Shown piece by piece: positions 43,062-54,873 of a DNA stretch of 64,000 nt. The DNA lies in assembly GCA_018819405.1 (NCBI GenBank), contig JAHJQF010000001.1, forward strand, positions 34,097 to 98,096, written 5' to 3'. The translations under genes and the position numbers were made by a program. Below the pieces are notes generated by a model. That model worked only from the letters and a program-made list of their open reading frames with translations, ran no database searches and had not been told where the DNA came from. The DNA is from Patescibacteria group bacterium. Its GTDB lineage: Bacteria > Patescibacteriota > Patescibacteriia > UBA1558 > GWA2-36-10. Position 1 is the first letter of the stretch; every line of letters begins with the position of its first letter.

Positions 43062-44963
43062 TTATTCGGTAGATATTTGTTCTAAATCCTTATTAGTAAT
43101 ACCTAAAGACAAATATCTCATAATTTGATAAGCTGCCTCACCATCGGTCATATAATAACGCCTGCCATCATCTGGATTTATATACCAAGCCTCCCCTCGA
43201 GACTGCACTTGTAACACAATTTTACCTTTTACATTATTAACTAAACTATTATCATAAACTGATTTACCTACACCCAAAGGATTGTAAGCGCTCTTTACTT
43301 CTGCACCATCATCAAAACCATCATCATCAGAATCATTATCATTGGGATCTGTACCAATGCTTTCCTCTAATTTATTACACAGGCCATCATTGTCATCATC
43401 TGTACACTCAAACCTATCTTCTATACCTACTGGAATTTTAGCTAAATCTGCGTTACTTATTCCTAGTCCAAGATCTCTCATCATACCATAGGCCGTATCG
43501 CCATCTTTCATATAAATTCTATTACCGTTATCTGGACGAACATACCAAGCTTCGCCATAATTTTCTACCTGCAGTAAAATTTTTCCTTTTAATCTATTAG
43601 TAAGCTGCAAATTTTTCTGACGCTTGTTTTGATTCTCAATATCGGAATCATCATCTGATTCGATACAAGCCCCTAGTGTATCACCGTGAGTCTGGTGGGC
43701 AGGCCAAGCTGACTCAGCAATTTCTAAAGTATTACTACTGCCATTCCCCGTCAGATGACAGATGATTATTTTTTTGACATCTATGTCGCTATCATCGGAA
43801 TCATCTTCGCTGTCATCAGAAACCACTGCTATTGTTTTCGTAAGTTCATTATTGCTTTCACTTATTTCATCTTTCCTATTCATTGGGTCAACCTTGAAAT
43901 ATAATGACTTTTCGCCAGTAGATGTAAAATGCCCTGTAAAAATATATTCAAAATCATGAATTATTGTAAATGGCTCACCCGCATCTAGCATCATATCATC
44001 AACTACAAAATCTTCAAAATTATGATCATATTGATTCAATGAATCCGTAGTCACTGTCCCGCCCGTCTCATCCACCGCACCTGTGACAGTTATGGTTGTA
44101 TTAGCGCCTGCCTGTGGACTGGACGGAGAAACACTAATATTTTCTATAATCATATCTACACAATTTTCATGATAATGTCCCTCTGGACGTGGAATAATAG
44201 GTTGGCACTCATTTATAGGAGATACATAATCATCATAGCTGGTCACTTCAAAAGTAACATTCTTGGTGTTGTTTTCCTCATTTGATTCCTCTATATCGTC
44301 ATCAGCATCAATTATAGCCGTCGCCTCATAAGTGCCTGCGTCTAATTTTATAGCATTGCTACATGTAGCATAACCAGGGACTACTGTAGCATAACTAGTC
44401 CGACAAACTATATCACCTATGTGTATTTCGATAGTATTATTATAATTTAGAAGATTATTACCCTCATTATCTACATAAACAGTAAAAGCTAGCACTGTGT
44501 CTGCAAATCTATTACTATAATCTGGTGTGCTAAAGCCACCACTATTACCAATTTTAAAATCAGTAATTACCAAATCAGGTTTGTCACGATAAATAGTAAA
44601 TGGCGCATCGCTTTGATCTTGAGGATTTCCATTTTCTCCAGCAGGATAACCGATTATTTTTACTAAAAAATTATCCTCGCCCTGCATAGTTTGATTATCT
44701 AAAATAGTATATTGATAAGCACCCTGAGTATCACTAGGATTGACACTAACTGAAACACCCTGCTGCATTACAGTACCTTCAATATTAGTTATGTATATAA
44801 ATACGCTATTAATATCTGACTGATCCCATCTAAATTCATAAGTCTCCCCACTTTTGAGACTTTCTCCACCATTGGGATATACTAGTTCCAGAGAGGCCGC
44901 TTTAGCAGTATCAGCTAGTCCTAAAAGCAACAATGACCCAAAAAGAAATAATAATTTTTTCAT
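43062..44963 (-). CDS. Secreted surface protein with CARDB/Ig-like domains and the same C-terminal module
   Basis: YPNGGE, KPDLVIT, IEESNEENN and EISESNN; C-terminus near-identical to that of 41188-42969. Confidence 0.82.
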   Translation of the reverse strand: MKKLLFLFGSLLLLGLADTAKAASLELVYPNGGESLKSGETYEFRWDQSDINSVFIYITNIEGTVMQQGVSVSVNPSDTQGAYQYTILDNQTMQGEDNFLVKIIGYPAGENGNPQDQSDAPFTIYRDKPDLVITDFKIGNSGGFSTPDYSNRFADTVLAFTVYVDNEGNNLLNYNNTIEIHIGDIVCRTSYATVVPGYATCSNAIKLDAGTYEATAIIDADDDIEESNEENNTKNVTFEVTSYDDYVSPINECQPIIPRPEGHYHENCVDMIIENISVSPSSPQAGANTTITVTGAVDETGGTVTTDSLNQYDHNFEDFVVDDMMLDAGEPFTIIHDFEYIFTGHFTSTGEKSLYFKVDPMNRKDEISESNNELTKTIAVVSDDSEDDSDDSDIDVKKIIICHLTGNGSSNTLEIAESAWPAHQTHGDTLGACIESDDDSDIENQNKRQKNLQLTNRLKGKILLQVENYGEAWYVRPDNGNRIYMKDGDTAYGMMRDLGLGISNADLAKIPVGIEDRFECTDDDNDGLCNKLEESIGTDPNDNDSDDDGFDDGAEVKSAYNPLGVGKSVYDNSLVNNVKGKIVLQVQSRGEAWYINPDDGRRYYMTDGEAAYQIMRYLSLGITNKDLEQISTE

Positions 44964-45021
44964 AATTTTAATTTAAATAATAACTAAATAATAACTATAA
45001 GTATAGTAACATTTTTTCTAT

Positions 45022-45050
45022 AAAAAAGCACCTCAGACGACTGAGGTGCT
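45022..45050 (-). terminator. groEL terminator
   Basis: agcacctcag-acga-ctgaggtgct followed by a T-run on the minus strand. Confidence 0.85.
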
Positions 45051-45058
45051 AAAATGTG

Positions 45059-46705
<1,647 letters not shown>

Positions 46706-46733
46706 TTATCTTAAAATTATACTTTATCTTGTC

Positions 46734-46792
46734 TGTCATACTGAACTTATTTCAGCATCTCCGATAGATCCCGAATCAAGTTCGGGATAACA
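46734..46792. repeat. REP-like double hairpin between groES and groEL
   Basis: tgtcatactgaacttatttcagcatct...agatcccgaatcaagttcgggataaca. Confidence 0.7.
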
Positions 46793-46801
46793 AGGGAAAA
46801 A

Positions 46802-47077
46802 TTATTCTATGACCGCTAAGAGGTCATCATGATTCAAAATTTTGTACTCTTGTCCGTCAATTTTTATTTCTGAACCGCCATATTCAGAGAAAACAACTTT
46901 TTGCCCAACTTTTACATTTAGTTTGACAATTTTTTCGCCATTACCAACAGCAATAATTTCTCCTTCCATACGGGATTCTCGGTTGGCAGTATCAGGCAAA
47001 ATAATACCTGACTTCGTAGTTTCTTCTTTAGGTAGGGCTTTGACAATTACCCTGTCTCCAAGTGGTTTTAGATTCAT
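46802..47077 (-). CDS. groS: Co-chaperonin GroES
   Basis: LKPLGDRVIV, TKSGIILPD and VGQKVVFSEYGG. Confidence 0.97.
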   Translation of the reverse strand: MNLKPLGDRVIVKALPKEETTKSGIILPDTANRESRMEGEIIAVGNGEKIVKLNVKVGQKVVFSEYGGSEIKIDGQEYKILNHDDLLAVIE

Positions 47078-47115
47078 ATGTTTCTCCTTTATTTACTTAT
47101 AATTTATTAAATAAA

Positions 47116-47156
47116 TTAGCACTCTATATTATAGAGTGCTAATCCTCTTTTGTCAA
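47116..47156 (-). promoter_or_regulatory. CIRCE (HrcA operator) overlapping the groES promoter
   Basis: TTAGCACTC-N9-GAGTGCTAA at 47116-47142; TTGACA(47151-47156)-N17-TATAAT(47128-47133). Confidence 0.97.
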
Positions 47157-47184
47157 CCCAGCCTTTCGCAAAAAGCTGATTAAA

Positions 47185-48483
47185 CTACTTATTATGTTTA
47201 TACAAATTGGCTAGCCCCAAAGCTACTAGCAGCCAACCAGTCCAGGCAGTCCACAAGTAGTGATCAAACATGCCAATTATTATCAATCCTAGTACTAAAC
47301 TAGTTGATAAAACATCTACTTTATTGGCGGATTTTATAATTCTTCGCAAAATATTAAACAATAAAAATATTCCTATAATACCCACCTCGGCTAACATCAA
47401 AATAAATATATTATGAATCGGCTGGACATTGTATGTAGACAATCCTTCATGATTATTTAAGGTATATAATGTATTTATACCCAATCCCTGACCAAAAAAT
47501 CCATTTTTGTAGTTGTCCCAGCCAAGTTGATCCAAAGTATCAATCCGATCATTAATTGATTTCTCTTCCAGCTGAGTCTGAGCCTCTATTCTGGCCGGCC
47601 AGGCGTCGGGCACTATCATATTGAAAGACAAAAACACAGCTACAAAAATCACCGCATATTTGGCAATCACAGTTACTATCAACCAATTTTTTTTGAAAAT
47701 ATTTATCAAAAACAAACTAAAGAAACTCAGGATAAGAGCTAAAATAGCACTCCTAGAAAAACTGGCAAATAAACCATAAGTAGCAATGACCACAGATATT
47801 ACAACAAAAATTAACTCCCAAAAACTTTTTTTCTTGGAGATATTAAGCCAGCCTTTTTTTTCATTCCTTTTGTATAAATCAATCCAAAGATAAATAGCCA
47901 AAAATATTACCACAAATAAAAATCCTCCCAGCATATTGGGATGTGGCAGTGAGCCATAAGCCCGTAGTAACCTACCCACTCCAGTATCCACCACCGAATT
48001 GCCTAGGACTTCTGGCAAATGTTCAGACATCCCCAACCACTTGTTGGCAGTCACTTTTTGAGTCAAAAGCTGATAAAAAGCCAAAAAAGACTGGATTAAT
48101 CCTGAAAGCAACAATATCCTATAGGCAAAAAGTTTTGGTAAAAATTTTACTAAATACGCAAATAAGGCTGCTGAATATATCAGAAATAAATAATAAAAAG
48201 AAACCGAAACTGCTGGCGAGAAAAAACAAACTATAATGGAATAAGCAAAAACGAAATAAAAAAACTTTGACCGAGAAAGCCTCATCTCTTTTTTATTGGC
48301 TAAGGCAAAAAACACAGCGGCCAAAAATAAAAACAATACATTTAGATACAGACTCAATCTTCCATATTGCCAGACTGCCTCTCCCAGCGGCCAATCATAA
48401 AATATCCATCTAGTTTGCCAAGGAATCAAAAAAATAAAAATGGCCAAAAAAATCTTAAACAGTTTATGGTTTGTCTTTTTCAT
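47185..48483 (-). CDS. O-antigen ligase family protein
   Basis: RAYGSLPHPNMLGG, SFSRSA, GQGLG and PIHNIFILMLAEVG. Confidence 0.9.
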   Translation of the reverse strand: MKKTNHKLFKIFLAIFIFLIPWQTRWIFYDWPLGEAVWQYGRLSLYLNVLFLFLAAVFFALANKKEMRLSRSKFFYFVFAYSIIVCFFSPAVSVSFYYLFLIYSAALFAYLVKFLPKLFAYRILLLSGLIQSFLAFYQLLTQKVTANKWLGMSEHLPEVLGNSVVDTGVGRLLRAYGSLPHPNMLGGFLFVVIFLAIYLWIDLYKRNEKKGWLNISKKKSFWELIFVVISVVIATYGLFASFSRSAILALILSFFSLFLINIFKKNWLIVTVIAKYAVIFVAVFLSFNMIVPDAWPARIEAQTQLEEKSINDRIDTLDQLGWDNYKNGFFGQGLGINTLYTLNNHEGLSTYNVQPIHNIFILMLAEVGIIGIFLLFNILRRIIKSANKVDVLSTSLVLGLIIIGMFDHYLWTAWTGWLLVALGLANLYKHNK

Positions 48484-49423
48484 TATTTTTTAATAAATTA
48501 TGAACTCTCTGTTTCCACTTTTTATAAAAAAGTTCTCGATTATCGTTGGGATAAAATTTTAACATACCCTCATTTACTACAATTTTGGTATCTATATTGA
48601 TCAGTGACTTAAGATTACGATCAATAATCCTAAGCTGCAATGTTCTAATAAAAGCATAAATTGCTCTTTTGAAAAATGGCGGTCGCAAAATGCCATAAAA
48701 AATCTTGGCTACTACTTTTGAATACTTTCTTTCTTTGACAGTCTTGGAAAATTGATTTTTATAAGCATTGGGCAGATAATTTTTGTACCACTGATTGGCC
48801 TCCAAAAATTTTTCATACAAACCGTCCGGATTGTAAATTGGCATAAGTTGTGATACCCAATATGGATAATAAATATCCTCACTGTTTATCATAGTAGACT
48901 CAATATTTAAATGATCTTCATCTACAAAAAAACTCAGACAAAATGCATCGCGTTTGTTTTCATCTTTTGGTCTCATCCTAAAAATTGATACAAATAAAAC
49001 AGTAAAAAATCTAGCTAGCCAAATTGTCTTTCTCTTGGCAATGATAAAAAGATCAATATCACTATCTTCGCTGGCATTGCTATAAGCCAAAGAATTACAG
49101 ACCGCTATCATCCTGACAAAAGGAATAAAACGATAAATCTTGGCGATGTTTATGGCTCTACGAAATTTTCTCTCCGCTAGATTATTGTTTTGCTTGCGCC
49201 TGAGATAAATACTGTCTCTACCAACCAAACTATAGAAGCCCTCTTTTCTGATAATCTCCTGTTGCAGGGTTTGGCTTGTCTCCAAGGCTTTTTTAACATC
49301 AGATATAGAATATTTTTTATTTGGCATATATAGCCATTTCCAAATTTCTGTCAAAGTAAGTGGATAATAAAATATATCAAAAAAAGCTAATGTTTTCAAA
49401 ATAGATTTTTCCAAATCAGTCAT
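48464..49423 (-). CDS. Conserved hypothetical protein with nucleotidyltransferase-like motif
   Basis: FFDIFYYPLT..EI and CNSLAY.N...DSDIDLFII. Confidence 0.7.
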   Translation of the reverse strand: MTDLEKSILKTLAFFDIFYYPLTLTEIWKWLYMPNKKYSISDVKKALETSQTLQQEIIRKEGFYSLVGRDSIYLRRKQNNNLAERKFRRAINIAKIYRFIPFVRMIAVCNSLAYSNASEDSDIDLFIIAKRKTIWLARFFTVLFVSIFRMRPKDENKRDAFCLSFFVDEDHLNIESTMINSEDIYYPYWVSQLMPIYNPDGLYEKFLEANQWYKNYLPNAYKNQFSKTVKERKYSKVVAKIFYGILRPPFFKRAIYAFIRTLQLRIIDRNLKSLINIDTKIVVNEGMLKFYPNDNRELFYKKWKQRVHNLLKNNEKDKP

Positions 49424-49557
49424 CCCCTTAAAAATTACTATAAAATACTTAAATAAAACTACATTTTATAATCCCGCTCGGGACTTATATCTTAATATTA
49501 CTTAAAATACTATTTTTTTTCAAGAAATTTTAAAACCCCGCCTAAGCGGAGTTTTAT

Positions 49558-52404
49558 TTATTTTTTCAAAAGCTTAGCTAAATACTGCCCAGTGAAACTG
49601 TTTTTGACTTTGGCCACCTGAAGCGGTGTACCCTCGGCAACTATTTGACCACCTTTATCACCACCCTCTGGTCCAAGATCTATTATCCAATCAGAACTTT
49701 TTATGACATCCAGATTATGCTCAATGACAAGTACTGTATTACCTTTATCCACCAAACGATGCAACACTTCTAAGAGTCTCTTGATATCATCAAAGTGAAG
49801 ACCAGTGGTCGGCTCATCCAAAATATATAATGTTTTACCCGATGAACGACGTGATAACTCAGTGGCCAACTTTATACGCTGAGCCTCACCACCTGAAAGG
49901 GTAGTAGCCGGCTGACCAAGCTTGATATAACCTAATCCAACATCTACCAAGGTCTTTAGCTTATTAAAAATATTTGGCACATCTCGGAAAAAAATCATAG
50001 CCTCCTCAACAGTCATTTGTAATACTTCGGAAATGTCTTTACCTTTGTAATGAATCTCCAGCGCTTCATCATTATATCTTTTCCCATGGCATTCTTTGCA
50101 CTCAACATAAACATTTGGCAAAAAATTCATTTCTATTTTTATAACCCCATCGCCCTGACAATTTTCACATCTGCCACCTCTGACATTAAAACTGAAACGC
50201 CCAGCTTTGTAGCCTCTGATTTGTGCTTCTTGTAACTCGGCAAACAAATCTCTGATATAAGTAAAAGCACCTGTATAAGTAGCTGGATTGGAACGTGGTG
50301 TACGACCAATCGGGGACTGATCTATATCTATTACTTTATCAATATTTTCCAAGCCCTTGATTTCTTTATGCTCACCCGGATTATCCTTGGAACGATAAAA
50401 ATGCTTAGTTAGGGCTTTGGCCAAAATTTCGGTCATAAGTGTTGACTTACCTGATCCAGATACTCCAGTGATAGATATAAATTTACCCAAAGGAAAATTG
50501 ACATCCAAATCTTTTAGATTAAAAGCTTTGGCTCCAATAATGGCCAAATTTTTACCGTTTCCTTTTCTATATTTTTTGGGAATAGGAATACTTTTTTTGC
50601 CGGACATATATTGACCGGTCAAAGACTTGGGATTTTTCTTTATGGCCTGAGGAGTGCCTTCAGCTACTATTTCACCGCCGTGCTTACCAGCACCTGGCCC
50701 AATATCTATGACATGATCAGCGGCCAATATTGTCTCTTCGTCGTGCTCAACTACTATAACTGAATTACCAAGATCTCTTAGGTCTTTCAGCGTCTTGATG
50801 AGTTTGGCATTGTCTGTCTGGTGCAGACCGATTGAAGGCTCATCCAAAATATATAAAACACCCGTCAAAGAAGAACCAATCTGAGTAGCCAGTCTAATAC
50901 GCTGAGCCTCACCACCTGAAAGGGTAGAGGCATTTCTGTCCAGTGTCAGATAATTTAGACCAACATTTTCCAAAAATACCAAACGTATCTGGATTTCTTT
51001 TAATATCTGGTGGGCAATTAAATTTTCATTTTTTGATAATTCTTTGGGTAAATCGGCAAAGAATACTTTGAGATCATCTATATTTTGATCAGAAATATTG
51101 GCAATATTACTACCGACTATCTTGATATTTAGAGACTCGGGCTTGAGTCTTTTGCCCAGGCAGGCTTCACAAATCTCAACACGCATATAACGCTCTATCT
51201 CACTTCTTATATAATCCGAGTCGGTCTCACGATAACGTCTTTCCAGATTTGGCATTACTCCTTCAAAGGTATCATTATGATTATTATTAAAGCGGCTATT
51301 TTCCAAATCAACCTGATACTTTTCAGCTCCAGTTCCATATAAAATAATATCCAATTGTTTTTTGGTGAGTTTGGCTACCGGCGTACGCGTAGAAAATTTA
51401 TGTTTTTTTGCTACTGCCTCTAATATAGCGCTATACCAATTTTGATTGGCGGCAGTTCTTGACCATGGCCTGATAGCCCCTTCAGCTAGTGCTAATTTTT
51501 TGTTTGGTATGACAAGCTCTGAATCAACGGTTAGCTTGGTACCCAAACCAGTACACTTAGTGCAGGCGCCGTGTGGACTGTTAAAAGAAAAATTTCTAGG
51601 CTCAATAGAAGAAAAAACTACTTCGGGATGCTCTAGACAAGTATAAAATTCACTAAAGACAAAATTTTCTCCTTCCTTTGGCATATATATAATTACAAAA
51701 CCATTTCCGAAATCAAGTGCAGTATCTACTACCTGCTTTAACCTGTCTTTGGTTTTTTTCATACCATCAAGACGTAAGTGATCAACCACCAAATCTATAT
51801 TGTGCTTCTTAGTTTTATCAAAAACCATTTTATCAGCCTCTTCTATACTCAAAAATTCTCCATCTAATCTAATTTTCTTGTAGCCAGAAGCTTTGAATCT
51901 TTTCAAAGACTGCTGATGGTCACCTTTTTTTTCTTTGACTATAGGCGATAAGATCATAAATTCAGCTTCTTTAGGTAGTTGCCAAATTTTTTCTACAATT
52001 TGTTTTTGGCTCATCTTGATAAGAGACTTGCCACACTTGTGACAATGAGGAGTTCCTATTTTAGCAAAAAGTAAACGAAGATAATCATAAATTTCGGTCA
52101 CTGTGCCGACTGTTGATCGAGGATTCCTAGAAGAAGATCTCTGATCAATTGATATAGCCGGACTCAAACCATCAATTTGCTCCACGTCCGGTTTGTCCAT
52201 CAAATCTAAAAACTGCCTGGCATAAGCAGACAGTGACTCCACATATCGACGCTGACCTTCAGCATAGATAGTATCAAAGGCTAAAGATGATTTTCCACTA
52301 CCCGAGAGGCCAGTAATCACCACAAATTTGTTGCGGGGGATTTTGACATCCACATTTTTTAGGTTGTGCACCTTAGCGCCTTTGATTGTTATAAACTGTG
52401 GCAT
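49558..52404 (-). CDS. uvrA: Excinuclease ABC subunit A
   Basis: Two Walker A motifs ([16 protein letters not shown]), two LSGGEAQRI motifs and zinc fingers. Confidence 0.98.
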   Translation of the reverse strand: MPQFITIKGAKVHNLKNVDVKIPRNKFVVITGLSGSGKSSLAFDTIYAEGQRRYVESLSAYARQFLDLMDKPDVEQIDGLSPAISIDQRSSSRNPRSTVGTVTEIYDYLRLLFAKIGTPHCHKCGKSLIKMSQKQIVEKIWQLPKEAEFMILSPIVKEKKGDHQQSLKRFKASGYKKIRLDGEFLSIEEADKMVFDKTKKHNIDLVVDHLRLDGMKKTKDRLKQVVDTALDFGNGFVIIYMPKEGENFVFSEFYTCLEHPEVVFSSIEPRNFSFNSPHGACTKCTGLGTKLTVDSELVIPNKKLALAEGAIRPWSRTAANQNWYSAILEAVAKKHKFSTRTPVAKLTKKQLDIILYGTGAEKYQVDLENSRFNNNHNDTFEGVMPNLERRYRETDSDYIRSEIERYMRVEICEACLGKRLKPESLNIKIVGSNIANISDQNIDDLKVFFADLPKELSKNENLIAHQILKEIQIRLVFLENVGLNYLTLDRNASTLSGGEAQRIRLATQIGSSLTGVLYILDEPSIGLHQTDNAKLIKTLKDLRDLGNSVIVVEHDEETILAADHVIDIGPGAGKHGGEIVAEGTPQAIKKNPKSLTGQYMSGKKSIPIPKKYRKGNGKNLAIIGAKAFNLKDLDVNFPLGKFISITGVSGSGKSTLMTEILAKALTKHFYRSKDNPGEHKEIKGLENIDKVIDIDQSPIGRTPRSNPATYTGAFTYIRDLFAELQEAQIRGYKAGRFSFNVRGGRCENCQGDGVIKIEMNFLPNVYVECKECHGKRYNDEALEIHYKGKDISEVLQMTVEEAMIFFRDVPNIFNKLKTLVDVGLGYIKLGQPATTLSGGEAQRIKLATELSRRSSGKTLYILDEPTTGLHFDDIKRLLEVLHRLVDKGNTVLVIEHNLDVIKSSDWIIDLGPEGGDKGGQIVAEGTPLQVAKVKNSFTGQYLAKLLKK

Positions 52405-52569
52405 GAAATTTTTTTTACAAAAATTTTAAAACAATATTCCCGACCATGGTATCATGAATCTATAGCTAAGTCAAGAATCAGAGACAAGCTTACTCAAGCT
52501 CTAATTTGACTATAGTTGACAAAAAAAGGCTTATCTGTTAGTATGGAGTAGTTATAATAACTTCAACAG

Positions 52570-52788
52570 ATGAAAAATATCCTTTATATTGTTCAGATTG
52601 TGATTTCTATCCTTTTAATAGCTACTATACTTATGCAGCAAAAAGGATCAGGTTTGGGTGCTGCCTTTGGCAGTGAATCTTCTATTTATCGCACCAAAAG
52701 AGGTGCTGAAAAGTTTATTTTTAGATTGACCATTATTTTGGCAGCTTTATTTTTGCTGACATCTTTGGCCAATCTATTCATATCATAA
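52570..52788 (+). CDS. secG: Preprotein translocase subunit SecG
   Basis: ILMQQKGSGLGAAFG...TKRGAEK; TTGACA-N17-TAGTAT promoter at 52516-52544. Confidence 0.93.
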   Translation: MKNILYIVQIVISILLIATILMQQKGSGLGAAFGSESSIYRTKRGAEKFIFRLTIILAALFLLTSLANLFIS

Positions 52789-52995
52789 ACTAACCAAACT
52801 TTTTACGTAAAAATTAAAAATTCACTCCATTAAATGAATTTAATTTATTTGGGGTATTTAAAATAATATTATATAATAAATTATATCTATAATTTATTTA
52901 TTACTAATCTAAATATTAAATTTGAAATTAAGCCGTTGCTTGATTTTATTTAACGAGGTAAAGATATAGGAGTCTTCTCTAAAATAAAAAAAAGT

Positions 52996-54849
52996 TTGTT
53001 TTCGCTCGGAGAAAGAAGTGGATCTTCTCTTGGGTCTTTATTTTCTTTTTTTAAAAAAACTAAAGAAAAACTAGCTCCATCAGAAAAGGATGATGTAAAC
53101 CAGCAATTGATAACACAGCTAAACAAAAAGAAAATACCCAGCTGGTCACAGCTAAAACAATTACCAAAATTTTTGAACAAACCGGAAAAACTCCAGTTTA
53201 TAATAGCCTTTTTAATACTAATACTATCAAGCTTTACTATAGCTTGGCGATATTACATAAAAAATTCTGTACCAGTACCAGCGCATGGCGGCAGTTATAG
53301 CGAAGGCCTGGTAGGCGCCCCCAGCCTGGTCAATCCAATACTGGCTACTACTGATGCTGACCGTGATTTGGTAAAATTACTTTTTGCCGGACTAATGAAA
53401 TATGATGAAAATGGCGAATTGATCCCTGACCTAGCTAGTGGATATACTATTGATGCCGAACAAACTACTTATATCTTTGAATTAAAAGAAGGCCTCAAAT
53501 GGCATGACGGAGATCCTGTCACAGTCGATGACATACTCTTTACAATAAATAGTATAAAAAATCCCGAATACAAAAGTCCTTTTAGGAGTAGTTTTATCGG
53601 CGTACAAATACAAGCCATAAATGACCGCACTGTTCAATTTAAATTGGAAAAACCTTTTTCTCCATTCCTTTCAATTTTGACAATTGGCATTATACCAGAA
53701 CACTTATGGTATTCTATCCCCGCTTTTGGAGCAAATCTGGCTGACTTAAATATAAGACCAGTCGGCGCTGGTCCTTATATGTTTAAAACATTGACCAGAG
53801 ATTCCAGTGGCAACATTAGAAGCTATACCCTAAAATCATACGAAGACTATCACTTGAGTAAAGCTTATATAAATGAAATAAATTTTAAATTTTATCCAGA
53901 CTTTTTTACCGGAGTTACTGCTTTACAAAATAAAAATATTGACGGCTTAAATTATTTGCCCAAAGAATACAAAAATGAGATAAAATCCGGCCGAATAGTA
54001 TTTCACGATTTCCAATTTCCACAGTACACTGCTGTGTTTTTCAACCCCCAAAAAAATGAGCTATTATCAAACAATGATTTTAGACACGCTTTGGCTCTGG
54101 GCGTAGACAAACAAAGAATATTGGAAGAAGTCTTGTCTGGTGATGGCCAGCTCATAAATTCTCCTATACTACCAGGCCAAATTGGCTATGATAGTGAGCT
54201 ACAAACCGAAATCTTCAATATCGATAAAGCCAAAGAAATATTGGATGAGCTAGGCTGGGTAATGCCAGAAAGTGGTCAGTTTAGAATAAAAAAAGATAAA
54301 GATGATGAAGAAGCCGCAGTAAAAGAGCTAAGTATTCAGCTAACTACTATCGATCAATCAGACAATGTCAAAATATTGTCTATCATCCAAGAAAATTGGC
54401 AATCTATTGGGGTCAAAACCGAATTAAATATAGTCCCCAAAGATAAAATAAAAAAAGATATTATTGATTCACGTAATTATCAGGCTCTACTATTCGGAGA
54501 AATTATAAACATAAATTCTGGTCCTTATCCTTTTTGGCATTCATCCCAAAATCAAAATCCTGGCTTGAATCTAAGTGTCTTAGCCAATAAAGATGTTGAT
54601 GACTATTTGGATGTTATCAAAAATTCCAAAACCAATGAAGAAAAGTTGGAGCCACTTAAAAAATTTCAAGAAAAACTTTTGGAACTAAATTTTGCTATAT
54701 TTTTATACAACCCTACTTATACTTATCCGACAACCAACAAGCTAAGAGGACCCGAAAGCGTCCACTTTATAAACTTGCCGGCTGATCGTTTTAACAACAT
54801 TAACTCTTGGTACGTAAAAACTAAACGCGTACTAAATTCTAATAATTAA
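52996..54849 (+). CDS. Peptide ABC transporter substrate-binding protein (family 5), membrane anchored
   Basis: GGSYSEGLVG, PDLA, KWHDGDPVTVDDILFT and PVGAGPY; start codon uncertain. Confidence 0.9.
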   Translation: MFSLGERSGSSLGSLFSFFKKTKEKLAPSEKDDVNQQLITQLNKKKIPSWSQLKQLPKFLNKPEKLQFIIAFLILILSSFTIAWRYYIKNSVPVPAHGGSYSEGLVGAPSLVNPILATTDADRDLVKLLFAGLMKYDENGELIPDLASGYTIDAEQTTYIFELKEGLKWHDGDPVTVDDILFTINSIKNPEYKSPFRSSFIGVQIQAINDRTVQFKLEKPFSPFLSILTIGIIPEHLWYSIPAFGANLADLNIRPVGAGPYMFKTLTRDSSGNIRSYTLKSYEDYHLSKAYINEINFKFYPDFFTGVTALQNKNIDGLNYLPKEYKNEIKSGRIVFHDFQFPQYTAVFFNPQKNELLSNNDFRHALALGVDKQRILEEVLSGDGQLINSPILPGQIGYDSELQTEIFNIDKAKEILDELGWVMPESGQFRIKKDKDDEEAAVKELSIQLTTIDQSDNVKILSIIQENWQSIGVKTELNIVPKDKIKKDIIDSRNYQALLFGEIININSGPYPFWHSSQNQNPGLNLSVLANKDVDDYLDVIKNSKTNEEKLEPLKKFQEKLLELNFAIFLYNPTYTYPTTNKLRGPESVHFINLPADRFNNINSWYVKTKRVLNSNN

Positions 54850-54873
54850 TTAACAAATTAACAAAAAACTGTT

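Noticed and set aside
52405-52520. LexA/SOS box upstream of uvrA
   Set aside because: No convincing match to known LexA operator consensus sequences.
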